From Klebsormidium nitens (Eukaryota; Plantae; Klebsormidiophyceae): a stretch of DNA of 64,000 nt. Position numbers and translations under genes: made by a program. How positions within the stretch are numbered: the stretch's first letter is position 1; the number at the start of each line of letters is the position of its first letter. Below the pieces are notes generated by a model, which saw only the letters and a list, made by a program, of their open reading frames with translations, was not told where the DNA came from and searched no databases. Location: the NCBI GenBank assembly GCA_000708835.1, contig DF237135.1, positions 1 through 64,000 of the forward strand. Direction: 5' to 3'. Shown in pieces: positions 48,201 to 62,017 of the stretch.

Positions 48201-51200
48201 TTTGCTTGTCTCGAGCCTTCCTGAGAAACTCGGTTATGAGGACGATGATGCTTGTATGTGGTCCTTTCTTGGACACAGGAACTCTTGGATATCAATTCGA
48301 CACCACTCGTTATCATCAAAACCACAACCCAGCCACACTGATTTGAGCGGCCCCGCTGAATATCACAATCACTAGGCATCAAGAATCTGCGTCGTATACC
48401 AAACGGTCCCCGATTCACAGGATTGCTGAACGGCCCACCTTTAACCACCACGGTTCCGCTATTCTGAGCAATAACGTTCTCCTGAAACAACCACAGAAGA
48501 TGTGACCACCGTTACCATTTTTTCAGGAGCTCGCGCTGGATGCGACCGTCACTGCCGCGGAGGCCGCTCACGAGATGGCCGCGCAGCTGGGTCTGGGCAC
48601 CGGGCACAACTACGGCGTCTTCGAAGTGGCCGACGGATGTGAGGCGCCAGCTGCCCTGGCCCTCTTGTGACTCAATACTTGCTCCTTTGTATTCTGTTTT
48701 ATTTTGCCAATACAGCATCTGACGTGTTGTTTTATAGGAGTCTTCGACAATCTATCGCCTGCTCGAAAACCGCGCCAGCGCCGCTGCGTCAAGTCACGAT
48801 CTCTCTCGCCCTGCGTGACTCTACTGAGCCGCTGGCCGCAAAGCTTGGACGAGAACAGCGTCGGCAGTGCACATTGCTTGCGGCTCTCCCGCTCCTGCTA
48901 ACGGTCGATGTTCACCTTTAACGCTCTGCCCCGACCGTCTAAGACAACATTCCTTTTACCATTCTCAACGAATAAGACGTAACCATATCTCTCACCGCTG
49001 TTTCTCCCTCCTGCTAGTGGAGAAGCTGCTCCCGGGCACCCGCTTCCTGCTCGACGTCCAGGCGGGCTGGGCCGCGGCCGCGGCCGCGACGCGCGAGGCG
49101 CGGCAGCGCAAGCGCACGTTCAGCCTGCCCTTCTCCCGGCACAACTCCCGGGGCTCCACCGGTTCCAGCGCGAGCAGCTCCAGCCACGAAGAGAGTATGA
49201 GCGCGCGTAGCAGCACCAATTCTCAGACCTCCGACCGCAGCTCGGGGGCGAGGAGCCTGCCCGGGGAGGACGAACCGGGCAAGCAGGCGGTGCTCATGTT
49301 CAAGCGGAAGATCTTCCTGGGGGACGACCTGGAGGGCCCCGGGGGCGATGCCCCGGGCACGTCGGAGGGGGACGCGGTGCGCATGGAGGCGCGCGCGTTT
49401 GAGTACACGCAGGTAGGGCGACTTTGGTTTCCATCACTACTCGAAGAGGGGCATCTAGAAGGGGCGTTTTGACTCCACAACTTTGAAGGTAACGGCGGGA
49501 AAAGGGCCCGATAGTTTCTTGGTCCAGATGCGGATTATGAGGCGGGAAGCGAGCAATTGCTTAAAGTTTGCGGACTGAGCTCGGCCAAGCAATGAATAAT
49601 GGACCCGTCGATCAACGTTCCCGACCTGCATACCGCCTTCTTGTGCAATTTCTTCCGAACAAAGTCCGATTGAACACCTGACATCTCGCACTTTGCACGT
49701 CGTAGTAACCCAGTCTACGTTTTGTTCTTCGAACCGAACCCCTTGAGAGCGCAATCCCTTGATCCGTACAAGTAAGCACTGCTATGATTCTCGTCCCTGC
49801 CCCGGAGGTGGTGCACGACGTGCTGGCCGTTGTGCGCTAAATCTCGGAGCCTCAAAACCAGACCTTTGACGTAACCACAAACCCCCGGAACTTCCGATTG
49901 CCCCCGCCCCGCAGGCGGTGCACGACGTGATGGCCGGCGTGTACCCGGTGTCGGAGCAGGACGCGGTGCTGCTGGCCGCACTGCAGCTGCGCGCGGACCT
50001 GGGCGACAGCATCACCCTGCACGCCCTCGAGTGAGCGCGCGCGGGACACAACGCGGCCCACTTCGAATTTGGGGGGTTCAGTCCCCACGTTAAATTTCCA
50101 TGTCACTGTTTGTCTTTGCGGTCTGCGTTGTGTCATGTTTCGAGGGCCGCCCTAGGGTAGATACCACATAACCTGCTTTAGGTGCTCCTCCGCCGAATTG
50201 GTGTAGAGGTTTTCTGCTGATCTTTTCCGCCGTGTGCTTGAAAGCGCTGATTCTCCATCAGAAGGAGAAAAATCCACTAGAGGGAGAAGAAGAGAATAAA
50301 TAGACAACGAATCCTAAGGAAGTCCCAAAAAGGTACCGTTTTTCCCTCTCCTTTATGTTCCCTATCCGACCGCCTAGTAATGAGGCAAGGTTCTTGACCT
50401 CTAACGTACCGCCATTACGCGCAGGGACATTCCGCTGCAGGCCTTCATTCCGCTGGCCTACTGCGAGCGGCACACGGTGGCGGAGTGGCGCGCGGAGTGC
50501 CTGGCCCACATCGCATCGCTACCCGCGGAGGGCGACCCTGAGAAGCGGCGCGAGGACTACATCGCCTTCCTCAAAAGCAGGACCGTGCTCTACGGCTCCA
50601 CGTGGTTCTTTGCAGAGGTAACGTACATGCTTTCAAAGTCTTGAGAGTTAAAGGAAGAGCTTGCCATTGCTTCGACGCAGCAAATATTCTTTCACGTTCC
50701 CTGCTTCCAAACAGGAATTTTCTTCGTTAGAAGGCTCGGAAGCCCAACCTTCAGACTCGAGCGTTGTTGCAGAAACGTTGCGCAAGCCTGTTACCGTCAT
50801 CATTCATTTGGAACCCCAAAAAACAGCCTAATATGTCCCGGTCTCTTTCTCATCAACCGATCCCGTTTGCCGGCCCCTGTTTGCAGCAAAAGGCCAACCC
50901 GCGGTTTCCCGCGGAGCTGCTGGTGACGATCAACCGGGACGGCATCTTCTTCATCCACACGGTTACGCGCGAGCCGCTGCTGCACGTCACTTTCACCGAG
51001 GTCTGCAGCTGGGGCCACTCCAGCTCTTCCTTCAGCCTCGTCACCGGCAACATGTGAGCACACAAACTTGCTCAAATGGATGTTCGGGGCGGACGATACT
51101 GAAACGAACAAGAATGTGAAAAGCCGGGTCGAAGAAAACAACACGTTCTTTAACGTTCTGAGCAGAATGCGTATCTCTTTCGCGTCGTTCACTGAGCAGA

Positions 51201-51888
51201 ATGCGAGCGGGGCAGATGCCACATTCATTGCCAAGAGGAGAAAATAGTAGAATCGTAGACGATTATTCGTTGATTTGAAGAGACATGTTTTAGTCAACGT
51301 CGGTCCAGGCAAAAGGAAGTTTCTGGAACCTGTGTGACTGATGCTAGATCGCGCTTGCCTAAAGAACTTGACTGGCGGATGTCTTGTCCGAGCGTGCTTA
51401 CAGCGTGGCTGAAGAAGTATGCGAGCTCACGAGCTGAATTGCATTCGAGAAGAGCGACTCAAACGATCTGCGAACTGCTCCATACCGCAATCATCGAAAT
51501 CCGCAAGACGTCGCGTTCTCAGCGGCTACAAAAGATCGGATTGGAGCAAGGGCGTCTCACTCGAATTCACTCTTCTGATTTGCAGGACGTATAACCAAGA
51601 CCATCGGCTAGTGACCCAGCAGGTGAGACAACGCAGTCTCCGGTGCATTCTGTAGTGCGACAACTGCTCTGCTGTATCTTTTGGGCTGATACGTTGCAAT
51701 TTCAGGCTTAACGTCCCTCGTGGCTCGGTTCTCCCAGCCGCGAGCAGGTTACCGGATCTCTGTCGCCTTCCATTCCGCTCTGCCAACTTCAACAAATGCG
51801 CTCACGCTCGTTGCATTGTCCTGTTGATATGCAGGGCGAGGAGATCGGTGTCGTTATACAGCACTACATCAACCAGATTAAGTTCTGA
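45299..51888 (+). CDS. MyTH4-FERM domain protein without a motor domain, multi-exon; 5' end uncertain
   Basis: MyTH4: FTK|VPLTEPLL...FRHLMSYMG...LRDEIYCHIAKQTSDNPS, GWQALALCLGTFPPS, RARKHVP. FERM: IQLLLPDDTTQ|ELALDATVT, LMFKRKIF, YTQ|AVHDVMAGVYPVSEQDAVLLAALQL, YIAFLKSRTVLYGSTWFF, LLVTINRDGIFFI, EVCSWG, VTQQ|GEEIGVVIQHYIN, then TGA at 51886-51888. Confidence 0.85.
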
Positions 51889-53893
51889 ACGTAGCTTGCG
51901 AATTATCGCTCGTGCAGGGGCTCTTGACAGTAGCAAAATTGCAAACGCAATAAAACTTTGAGAATGGTCATGAATTGGCCGGATAGATGCTTGAGTAATT
52001 CGCTACTTCTCAAGATGGAAAGCCATCATTGGAGTCCCTTGTTGGGGAGAAGAAACGCCACCCACGCATTTTTTCCGCTTTCAGTTGTAAAGACTGGGTC
52101 CGATTTACCGTTCTTTGCATACGCAAGCAGAATGCATGGAGAACAAAATGAAGGTGACGTAAGTCACAGAACGTCTTCATGACGTCCCTGCTGCCAGTTC
52201 GGACTTTCAATCCGTTACTGAGCCAGCCCCTAGGCGCGCAATTCAATCTTGTAGGAGCTTGCATATGCACTTGCCAGACGTATGCCATCGATTCCGCCAG
52301 CTATGCAGAGCTGCATCTCGGGCTAGATCAAGCCACCACGGTTCTCATTAACAATCAGTAGTGCATGTCAGCGCAAGGCGGAGACACACCCTTAACATAT
52401 CCTGGAAAAGCCATTGCCGATCACTGTCTCACGAAACGTACTTGCTTACAGTGATTGTGCTTCCAAAAAAATGGTACTGCCTGTGCCCCGGCGCTGGCAG
52501 CGCGCGGCACGCTGGCCAGAAGTGCACGACGAAAGAGACCTGGCATGGGTAAGTTTATTCATCAGGATCGATTCTGACTGTTAGCTAGTAGCACGCCCTC
52601 AGTGCCGGATGCAAGCCGGTTCGTGCTTTGATCGCATTCGAGTTGCGATGGCGCACGCGCAAGCGCATACGACTGTACGTCAATGTTTGAGACTTACATA
52701 CCGTCCCGGGGAGGCAAAGTGTGCTGGCATGGTTCAATACTTTCTGCCAAATTGCAATATGATGCTTCAATAAAAGACTAGTAATGGGACCAACATGCAT
52801 ATGCCAGGGGCCAGGGCGGTACATGGACATGATCGAAATTGTGTTCCAAGCATATGGTGCATCCGCTGCATGGGATATCAAGCTAGGGCGGCCGCAGCCA
52901 CGCAAATCCAATAGTTGGGGATCCATATATGCATTTACTGCATGGGCCCGGGCCACATGGCCGGTATAACATGCGTTCAGTTACAGAATTGAAGGGCTCG
53001 CACATGTGAGCTAGAGCCTAGCTAAGTGCACTGCAAAGATCCCAAGAAAGTGCCGCCTGGCACAAATTCTGCCAAGTTTGACTGGAATATGCAGTGTCAT
53101 TGTTGCTTGCACCGTCACTGCAATTATTTCGCACCTTATAGATCACTATATACCTCTAAATCTGGATCATATCGAGCAACCAAGAATGCATGCCCAGGAA
53201 GAACACGTTGGATTAGGTTAGGCTCTACTCGGTGCAACTTTAGCAAAGTCAGTGGCCGCGGGCTGGCTTATGTTGGCCATCAGCGGATGGATAAGAGGAT
53301 CAAACAAGTCCACGCGCGACCCTTTTAAAGCTATCCTACCAAGGACCATCTGTGTTTGCCCCTCCCTTGGTGATTTGACTGCAACGAGGTCGCCATTGCA
53401 CGCTATGGCACGTCTTGCCACTATATAGCTAGCACTCGACAGACCTTTCGTTTCTCCATCAAGCCTAGGCGATTAAATACACCCAGCACTAGATTCTACT
53501 ACGGTAGTCCTCGTATCACTGGTGTTGATTCACTGTCAAAGCCATCAATTTCTTCAATAAGTGTATTGCTGATGCAACTTTATTCGAACAGGCAAGGATC
53601 TAATAACACCCTTCGGACTTGCTAGGGGCCGTCTTCCTTTAGTCTTTACTGTTGATCCTAATAAGGACAGCTAATACGACTTGCTTACAGACATCGTCAT
53701 AGATGAGCTGAGACACGGCTGCCCACCTTGAGTTTTTCAACTATACCTCAGACGGGTTACTAATACAAGACCAACTAAATGCTAACATGCAACACAACAG
53801 GCAAACCTCTGCTCTCCCGACACAGCGGAAACCGCCTCCTGATCTCTTTCATTCCTCCTAATCTGCATACTTTTACCTGTCAGGCCCTTCCCC

Positions 53894-56800
53894 CTAGACT
53901 TTCAGCTCCGAGTCCCCTTGCCCAAAGTCTTTCAAGCTGGCGTCATCCAAGGCCTCCCGCTCTGCCTTCGGGCTCTCCGACTCCCCGTCTAACGAGAACG
54001 GCTGGAAGTCCTTGTTCAAGACCTGGTCGCTTTGCAGCCGGTCCTCCCCGCTCCCCGTCGCATCCGGGACGTCGGAACGTGACGCTAGCTCCGGCTCCAG
54101 GGGCTCCACCACAAATTGCTCATTCAGCATCCCGAACTCGCTGCTCGGGGGTTCACCTGCTAGCAGCTTCTCCCCGGGCTTCTCCTCGGGCTGGACCGGA
54201 GTTCCCGAGGCCGTCCGCCGTAGGGCCTGTGGCAGGGGTGCGACGCGGTAAGAGAGGGCAGGACAAGCAGACAGAGGCACTTCGCGGCCGGGACCACCCT
54301 CCGGTCGTCCTTTTCAGGCTAGGTCTTTTGGCAGCCCTCTCTCCAGAGGATGTGAACGTTCAGACTGGAACGCACCGTGACTGATTTGAACCGACAAGAA
54401 CCTTTGTCGAGGACGTGAACATTCCTTTTGTCAATCTCTCCAGCAGAAAGGAAAATGACTGTGGACATCACCCAGTTTGACAGGAAAGATCAACGCGAGT
54501 CATTCACCAACAAGGAGCACTTCGCTCCTCGCGTTTCTCTGTTGCTTCCACAAAGTTGGCACGATGCCAGCCCGCTTCTCCCAAAGTGACTTCTCAGTCG
54601 GTTCACCTCTCCTAGCGGGCCGCCCACGTCGTTTTCCCAGCTCCCTAGCCCCGTCGATACTGCCAGCCACGGCTTCTCCGGGTCGTCGCTCTGCAGGCTG
54701 GGTTGTCGGCTGAGCATGGACCGCTGGCCGTGCCGGTTGGCCAGGCTGCCCCCCTTGACGAGCGAGTGGGTGCGCACCAGGCCCCGCTCCTCGTCGATCG
54801 GTTGCATGTTGTTGCTGGCGTTGTTGTTCTGGGCCAGGAACGCGAGATGAGGGGGGAGTCCTTCTGCAGAATAGAGGGAGTGGTGATCAGGAACTACCGA
54901 AGAACAACTACTGAAGAACACTGCCTTGCCTGGCCTAAGGACGTGAAACACGCCCCGCCCCTCGCAAAAGAAGCCCGTACGGTCACTTGCGTCAGCTTGC
55001 GCAGCGCTAAGACTTGGTCTGGAAGGCAGCAACTTCAAGATTAGAACCCGTTGAAGACCCAGCTTCCCATCAAGAGCACGCCATGCGAGCAACGTTACTT
55101 TCGGTTAAACGGCTATTTGACCCTTTGCTTGTATACCGTCTATAGCCAGAGGTCGGAGTAAACTGCTCAATCTGTCGACAGAGAGAAGACTATCACAATT
55201 GGCTTGATGTTTGTAGGAGCGACCCCATCCACGGATCAGCACAAATGTCAGCACGTCGGGCCTCGTCCAAAACCGTTATGTTCATCCGACAGCTCACAGG
55301 TAGAGTGACGACAAGGGTCGGAGCAGCATTCAACTACATGCTTCGACCCTTCAGGTACTTACCAGGGGAGCTATCTCCCGAGCGTTTCATTCCATTCCCG
55401 GCCAGCGTCAGCGGGTCCGACAGTTGGCGCTGCAGGGAGAGCCTAGCCAGCGGTTCCGACCCCTGCCGCTGCAGTGAGCCATTCTTGGGCGACATGCCCC
55501 CTGCCATCCCCGCCTGGTGTTGCATGCCGGAGCCTACCGCATCCCGAGAGAAGGACCGAGCCAGCCGGCCGGCTCCATGCAAGTCGCGCTCCAGCGCTGA
55601 CGTGGCCAGCTGCCATTGGCTGGGCGAGGACGGGGAGACCTGGGGCTGCATCCAGCCGTGAGTGGGATGGGGGCCCGAGCCGGGCCGGTATGCATCGAAG
55701 GGCACCGAGGAGCGGAAGTCCTGGAATGGAGGCATCCCTCGGTAGTCCTCGAACTGGAGCCGTATCGAGTGGTCCTGCGCAGCCGAAGTGACAGGCAGAC
55801 AGGTAAGCAAGGGCACGCATTGAATAAAAAGGAAAACGCCTCTAGCAATCCTAGGGCATGGGACGAGCATTTGCGAATCGGAATCGATGATAATAAAGCC
55901 AATCAGTCCTCGAAACCTCATCACGAGCGGCATTCGGGACAGAATCTCCGCTCAATGACGCGGTCAGTAAAAATGCAGCCAGTCTATGATAGTGCTGTAT
56001 CTACCGGGCAAAGTCTCAGACGGGAGCATCCTTGAAGCATATGCATCATGCTTCTCAAGAAGGGGTCCACTTCCTGGAAAACTTGGACAGAACTAACAAA
56101 GGAAGTCACGAACAAACGGATCCGTCTAGGCTCGAACGCACCCTTGGGTCCATGTAATTCGAAGGCACCCCTCGGTAGCCAAGCCCTGCGGCGATGGCCT
56201 CCCGATCGAGCTTGGCCCTCTCTTCGCGGAGCAGCATCGCCATTGCCATCTCAGCGTTGGTGTCGGGAACCATGGTGCCATCCCTGTTGATGCGCGTGCT
56301 TGCAAACGCGGCCGCATGCCCGTTTGAAAAGACTTGGCTCGACAAGGAAGGGATGCCCACGTTGTCATAATCTGCAGAGAAAGGCGATGAGTGAGGCGTC
56401 AGAGGCAGTGAGTGAGTGGTAAAAATCCAAGAGCGCGGCAAAAAGAAATCGTGAAGCCTCAAGTGAGACACTGAAGAATGTCAAGAAGACTAGCTCGAAT
56501 GTTTCAGTCACCCTAGGCATCGAAGCCCATACTCATCCTCACAATGTGCAATCCCTTTGACCCAGGAAAGCAAAGTCTAGACAAACAGGGGACATGGGAA
56601 GGCCTAGCCAGGGAAGCAAGAAGGTTGCAAGGTGTTGAAATATGCTGAAGCCAGTATGTACGCTCCAGGCTTTGCAGCAGCCGCTGGACAACATACCTGG
56701 CTTCCCAAGACTTCTTTCGAGCAGGTCCTGTATCCGCTCGTTGTCCGCAGGGCCGAGGTTGGCAAAGGGATACATGAGATTCGAGGCTGGGGCTGGGGCT

Positions 56801-58804
56801 CGGGGGCCTGCTTGCAGAAACGGTTGTCATCAGCTAGCTACCACACTTTCCCAAGGTGTTAATTCACAAGCCAGTTCCCGGCAGCGAACCAGGGAGTAGA
56901 GCGAAGCATGGTGGAAAGATACAGAAAACCTCCTCACCTGGAAGGTTGTAATATGGTGCCGAGTACAGCTCCCGGAATCCAGCTTGCCCAACTGGCGCAC
57001 TTGTCATGGGAAGTGCAGGATTCGGGTAGCGAGCACTCAGTTCCGACAACGACTGGGGTAATGCTGGGGACCTGGAAGGAAGGGAGTTCTCAGGCTCCCC
57101 AACATACAAGATAGGGCTCATACCAGGCAAAGCACGGATTAACGATACATGCGTAGCGGTTGTAACAAGGTATAGAAACAGGGAGACCCTATACTGTCTT
57201 GCTGCACAATTACGAAGGGAGTGCCGGGAGTGATGCTGAGAGGTGGCAATATTAACAGCCAGGCTTGAGGACCCATCACGTCCACTTCAATCTTTGTACC
57301 CTCAGAATTGTCAGAATCCCATGCCCCAATGGTGGTTAGCTTTCTAATCGACAAATTTTCCATGCTTTGCAACCAACACTACATGGCGTTGGTAATTGAT
57401 CACAGCGGCCGCAGCCAACTTTCCAACCAGAGATGCATACCTTGTCTGTTGAGGGAGAGCCGCTTTGTCCCGCTGTTGGCCGCCGGGCCTTGCTTTAGAG
57501 TTGACACTTGTCCTCTTTTCCAGCTTTGTTCTCTTCGCTGGCCCCTCTTCTGACCCCGCCTGATGCTGCTGAGAGTCTGTCCCCTTACTTCTGTCCTGTG
57601 AGCAGAACAAGCGGAAATTGTCACAACCCCCGCGGCGTCATTCCAAACTGGGGTGTCAATCTTAAGTGCAGAATGCCAGAGTGCAGCAAAGCAGGCTCTC
57701 AATTAGCATGCGCATCAGTGAAGTCCCAGCCTTCACATCTGGCACAACGGTGGGCAATGATAGCTCCTGACATGAAGATCTGCGGGCTGGGCAGGATCTC
57801 TTGCTTGAAGAGCTCATGACACAGTAGCTAATTAAGCAATGCTTGCAACAATCTTGAGTCCCCTCCCACATGAAAATACCCTCAAAACTCTGCTATGGAG
57901 CAGTGGTCTTTCGATCTGCAGAAAGGACAGCTGGCATGGGCACATGTCCTAGTTACGTTCCAAGAAGCTAAAAAGCAGCACATGAATTCAGAGCCAAGAA
58001 TCTCTTACCTGTGATGATGGGGAGTCCGATCGAGAATCCCCCGATGCATCTTTCTGTTGGTTGGAGGCCGGCTGGATTCCTTCCACCTTCTTGTTAAGAG
58101 CCCGGTGCCTGCCCCGATGCATGTGCTTCTCACAGTATTTCTGGCCCCGAACCACAGCCTTCTTGCACTGCCACTTCTTCCCATCAGTACGAAGGCATCG
58201 GGCGTGCTGCGGAGCAGGGGTGCTGCCGTTCCCACTGCTTGCCATCATGTCTCGAACTGCAACAAGGCATTCATAGATGCTTTCTTATCTCGCATGCTCA
58301 GCCAAAGCCCGCATCAGCGATTCTAAAGGAGCAAGCAAACAACTAAGTGCCTCACCCAAGGGGCGTCCGATGCACACATTAATGTGGGTGCACGTTTGCA
58401 CCAAAAGTGATGCTCTTGAAAGTGGGACACTGTTGAGAGACAGCCAATCTGCTCTGTTTGACGCTGAAGACGGCAGAGGATCAGAAGAGTTAGCTCCTGC
58501 CAACAAATATCAGGCAAGCAAGAAGATGCGACCGTCATTGTCAGCACTTACTGCTCAACGGATTGTGGAAGGTTGACTTGGTTGCAAAGTGGTCGTTTGG
58601 CACCCCATGAGTGCCCAAAGGCTGTAACAGCTCGCTTGGAATTTGCACATTGGCGACCAGATACTTGGTAAGCAAGACCTGGTGCTCCAATTCTGCCCTC
58701 TGCTTGGGGGTGAATGCCATGGTCAGCTGTGCCAGCGGTGATGGAATGCGGCTCGCCAACAGGGGCTTTGGAGAGCTCGGCAGCGGGCGCAAATCTGCAC
58801 GCAT
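53894..58804 (-). CDS. GRF: Growth-regulating factor (GRF) family transcription factor, multi-exon; further 5' exons up to ~60.4 kb possible
   Basis: QLQ domain: [33 protein letters not shown] (~58.6-58.7 kb). WRC domain: [33 protein letters not shown] (~58.1-58.2 kb). C-terminal GGPLGE motif at 54607-54624. Confidence 0.88.
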
Positions 58805-61800
58805 AGGCACAGAAGATCCTCAGCAACAGAGTGATGCTGCACAGTAGGTCCTCATTGTGGCCTGGCTGTGACTGCCCCGTAATTTCCCTGGTATACCATG
58901 AATGCTATTCCCTGATTGCTGCATTTATTGCCAGCATGAACCAATCACCACCAGCGAACCAGCTTTCAAAGCCTATGACAAGGCCTGGTTCCCCAAAATG
59001 CTGATTTGCAACCACTCAGCAGTCAAGTAGGTGAGCGTAATGGGGGTACCAGGGCGCCTAATGGATCTACAGCGACAAATAAGACTTGAAAAGTCCATTC
59101 TTACTTACGATGGCACCAATGCACCTTTCCTTTGTCTGCAGTTTGCCAGAGTAGAAGCATCTTGAGCCTCTTCAACAGCAGCTTTGACAAGATAGATTGC
59201 TTTGCAAGAGCGCACTAGGTGTTTAGTTACCATAGATCAGTGGCCTATTGCACGTTGACATGCCTATGGGGCACGATCAAGGTCCCTCTATTTCCTGGAG
59301 AGAGACCACTAGAGGCAGGCAAACTGCTCAATCACCAAAAGCGCATACAGATGACTTACCAGGTAGCCCCGTCGGAGGAAGTGGATCAATTCCAAATCTT
59401 GTCACTCTCATGGACACACCATTCTCGACTAGGACAGTGGATCCTGGCGGGTAATTGAGCTTCTGTCTTGCCGGTATCATTCTTGTGAATGAGCAAGTGC
59501 ATTATTGCATCCTGCACCAGCTGTCTGTCCTCTCTTCATGTAGGCAAGCATCTGATGGAGGGATAGGTTAATCAGCAGATGCTGCAATGAACAATGTCAC
59601 TCATAAAGTCAAATACAAATCTTTGGAAGTAACGCTGCAGTATGCAAAGAACCAGCTTATGTAGCAGAGATCCACAAAGCACGGCCATAGAGCGAAGAGG
59701 AAAATGCATAAAAGAGGAGCAATAATAGAGTGTAACAATGACTGAAGACACATCCGACCATTCCTTACCTGCAGAGACCATAGCCGCAGGAGGAGTACAG
59801 CAGGTGGGAAGTTCTAGAGGAGAATAGCAGGTGACTTTATTCAATTCTGGTGCAATGCCCTATGACTGCTCCCGGACCCAAGGTTGTCTGCGACACTGTG
59901 TTTGAGCTGAGCTGGACTAAGATCATGGAGCTCTTCAAAATTTGCAAGAGGGCTGTACTGTCCAACTATTGTGTTTCTCGAGCTTCATTCAAGATGGCAG
60001 ATAGATCAGGCCCACGAAATTTACGCTCTGCAAGCATACAAGATTGGTTTACGTACTGTCCACCGCCCCATCCATATCAAAGCTGTCACGCTCAAAGCAG
60101 CTTTCAGCACTATGTACCTCTGCGTATCCACCACGCCTCTACCTCATCCACCACAAGAATTGCAACATGTCCACCATAAGGGTTGTCAAAAGAAGGCAGC
60201 CATTGACCCGTCTCCAGAGGGAACCTATTGCAGATTGCAACGTCAGGCGGCCAGAATCCGCATTAGAAGGTAGCCATTCTTCTTTGCTTGTATTTGCAGC
60301 GCGCTTTACCTTGAGGCTTGCATCATCATCGAGCCTGGACTCATCGGCCCGCGCTCTGATGGCGGCAGTAGTGATCCGCCCGCGACCTCGATAGGATAAC
60401 AGATTCCCTTCCTTCGCAGAACTCGAAATTTCTGTCAGAGTGGTACCGTAGCTTTCAAACTTGGATGTCCGGACTCCAGAAGCTGTCAGGTTTTGCCCGT
60501 GCGCATATCACTGATTGCTCCTTTCAAGATAAGTCACCGTACAGTGTTAATGCCCCCCCTGGCTTGCGCAATGCGGAATGTTGTCGATCCACTGAATTAT
60601 TACACCCGGGAGTGAGTCCCGGTAATCACAATAGCTAGCCTGGTTTCAGTATGCGGCCAGGGCAGAGTCCCGGGCCGCCGCACGGTCCAGGAATAGTGAT
60701 GGTGCATGACAAAATTCAAGCAATTAATTCAGCCCAGCTATTCTGTTTGCAAATGAATGGTCACGATTGCATTCCGCAGACAGGGACAATTTTCACATTA
60801 TGGCATGCGCCGATACCGACAAACAAGCTGGATAGAGGGCCGGTAAAGAAGTACCGGTAGGTACGATACACAGCAAGCTTCTGATGTGTACTGGTTAATT
60901 GTAAATCGGATTATCGTGCTGGTATCTAGTTTGGGCACCTTCAATCACTCGACGCCGAGAAGTTGACCCTGAAACGTTTGATCCTCAGGCACACCCAGGG
61001 CTACTTGTCGTAATGTCCAGTGTCGCTGCTTCAAGATTATTGACAAGTTCTAAGGGCGATTTATCAATCGCGAAAAATGGCAATGCAGTCGCGAATGCCT
61101 GTTTGTTGGTGTTTGTTCGATCTAGTTCATAGCGCGTACCCAGATCCGGCCCGATCCGACCCAGCTGGCCGGCGCAACGTTACCGATCATACGCGGCGGT
61201 CGAGCCGAGGCTACCCGTGGGCTCAACCGGGCACTGTTTGTTGCGGGGAGGCTGTACTATTAGTGGCCGGGGCCGATGAGAGTCTGAACAACTTGGAGAA
61301 CTTCATTGTGAACTCGGATTGGTCCGAACTTTGAACTTCTGGCACTATCGAGTCATATATGAACTTCTCCGGAACAACTCTCGTTGATTTCGGCAACGGT
61401 CTGTGGAGGCGGAAACGGGAGAGGACGTACAGGTGTAATACAAGGCAATGCCACGTCTGACGGCGTTTGATGGCATTGCCAAAAATTTTCCAGCAACAAA
61501 ACCCCATAACAATATAGGTACCACAATCATACTCGGCCGAAAATAAGCAGTACACTGTACGGTACCTGCCGGTATCCTGGTCGGATTTTATCCTGGGTAC
61601 TTGCTTTTCTCCCCATGCAACTCTGGAGATTTGTAATAGGGCCCCACAGCCGGCTGACCTCGGACCCAATTGTACCCATTCATACAGTGAAGGGCAGACT
61701 CCAGAGCTCTCTAGACTCTGAGGCGACCGCCGGTCGTCGACGTCAGTACCGAGTACCGGTCTACCTACAGCTGAGGCTACAGGTACCTAGGCCTGCAGGC

Positions 61801-62017
61801 CTGTGTATTACGACTCACGACATAGGTACCTATACCTACCTACTACCTAGGCTCTGCCGACGAGCGGTACCTGATGCAAGCTTCGCGGCAAAGGCAACCT
61901 TAGGCTTCCGCTCTCCAGCCTTCGCAGCAGCCTGTGCAGCAGCATCATCTGACACTGTTGGCAGGGATCGGAAGAAGCGGCGTACATCTGCATAGAACAG
62001 GAGGGGCTCGAAGCAAG

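Noticed and set aside
53218-53421. Protein-like minus-strand ORF between the MyTH4-FERM and GRF genes
   Set aside because: It has a GTG start, is short, lacks convincing splice signals and carries no recognisable motif.
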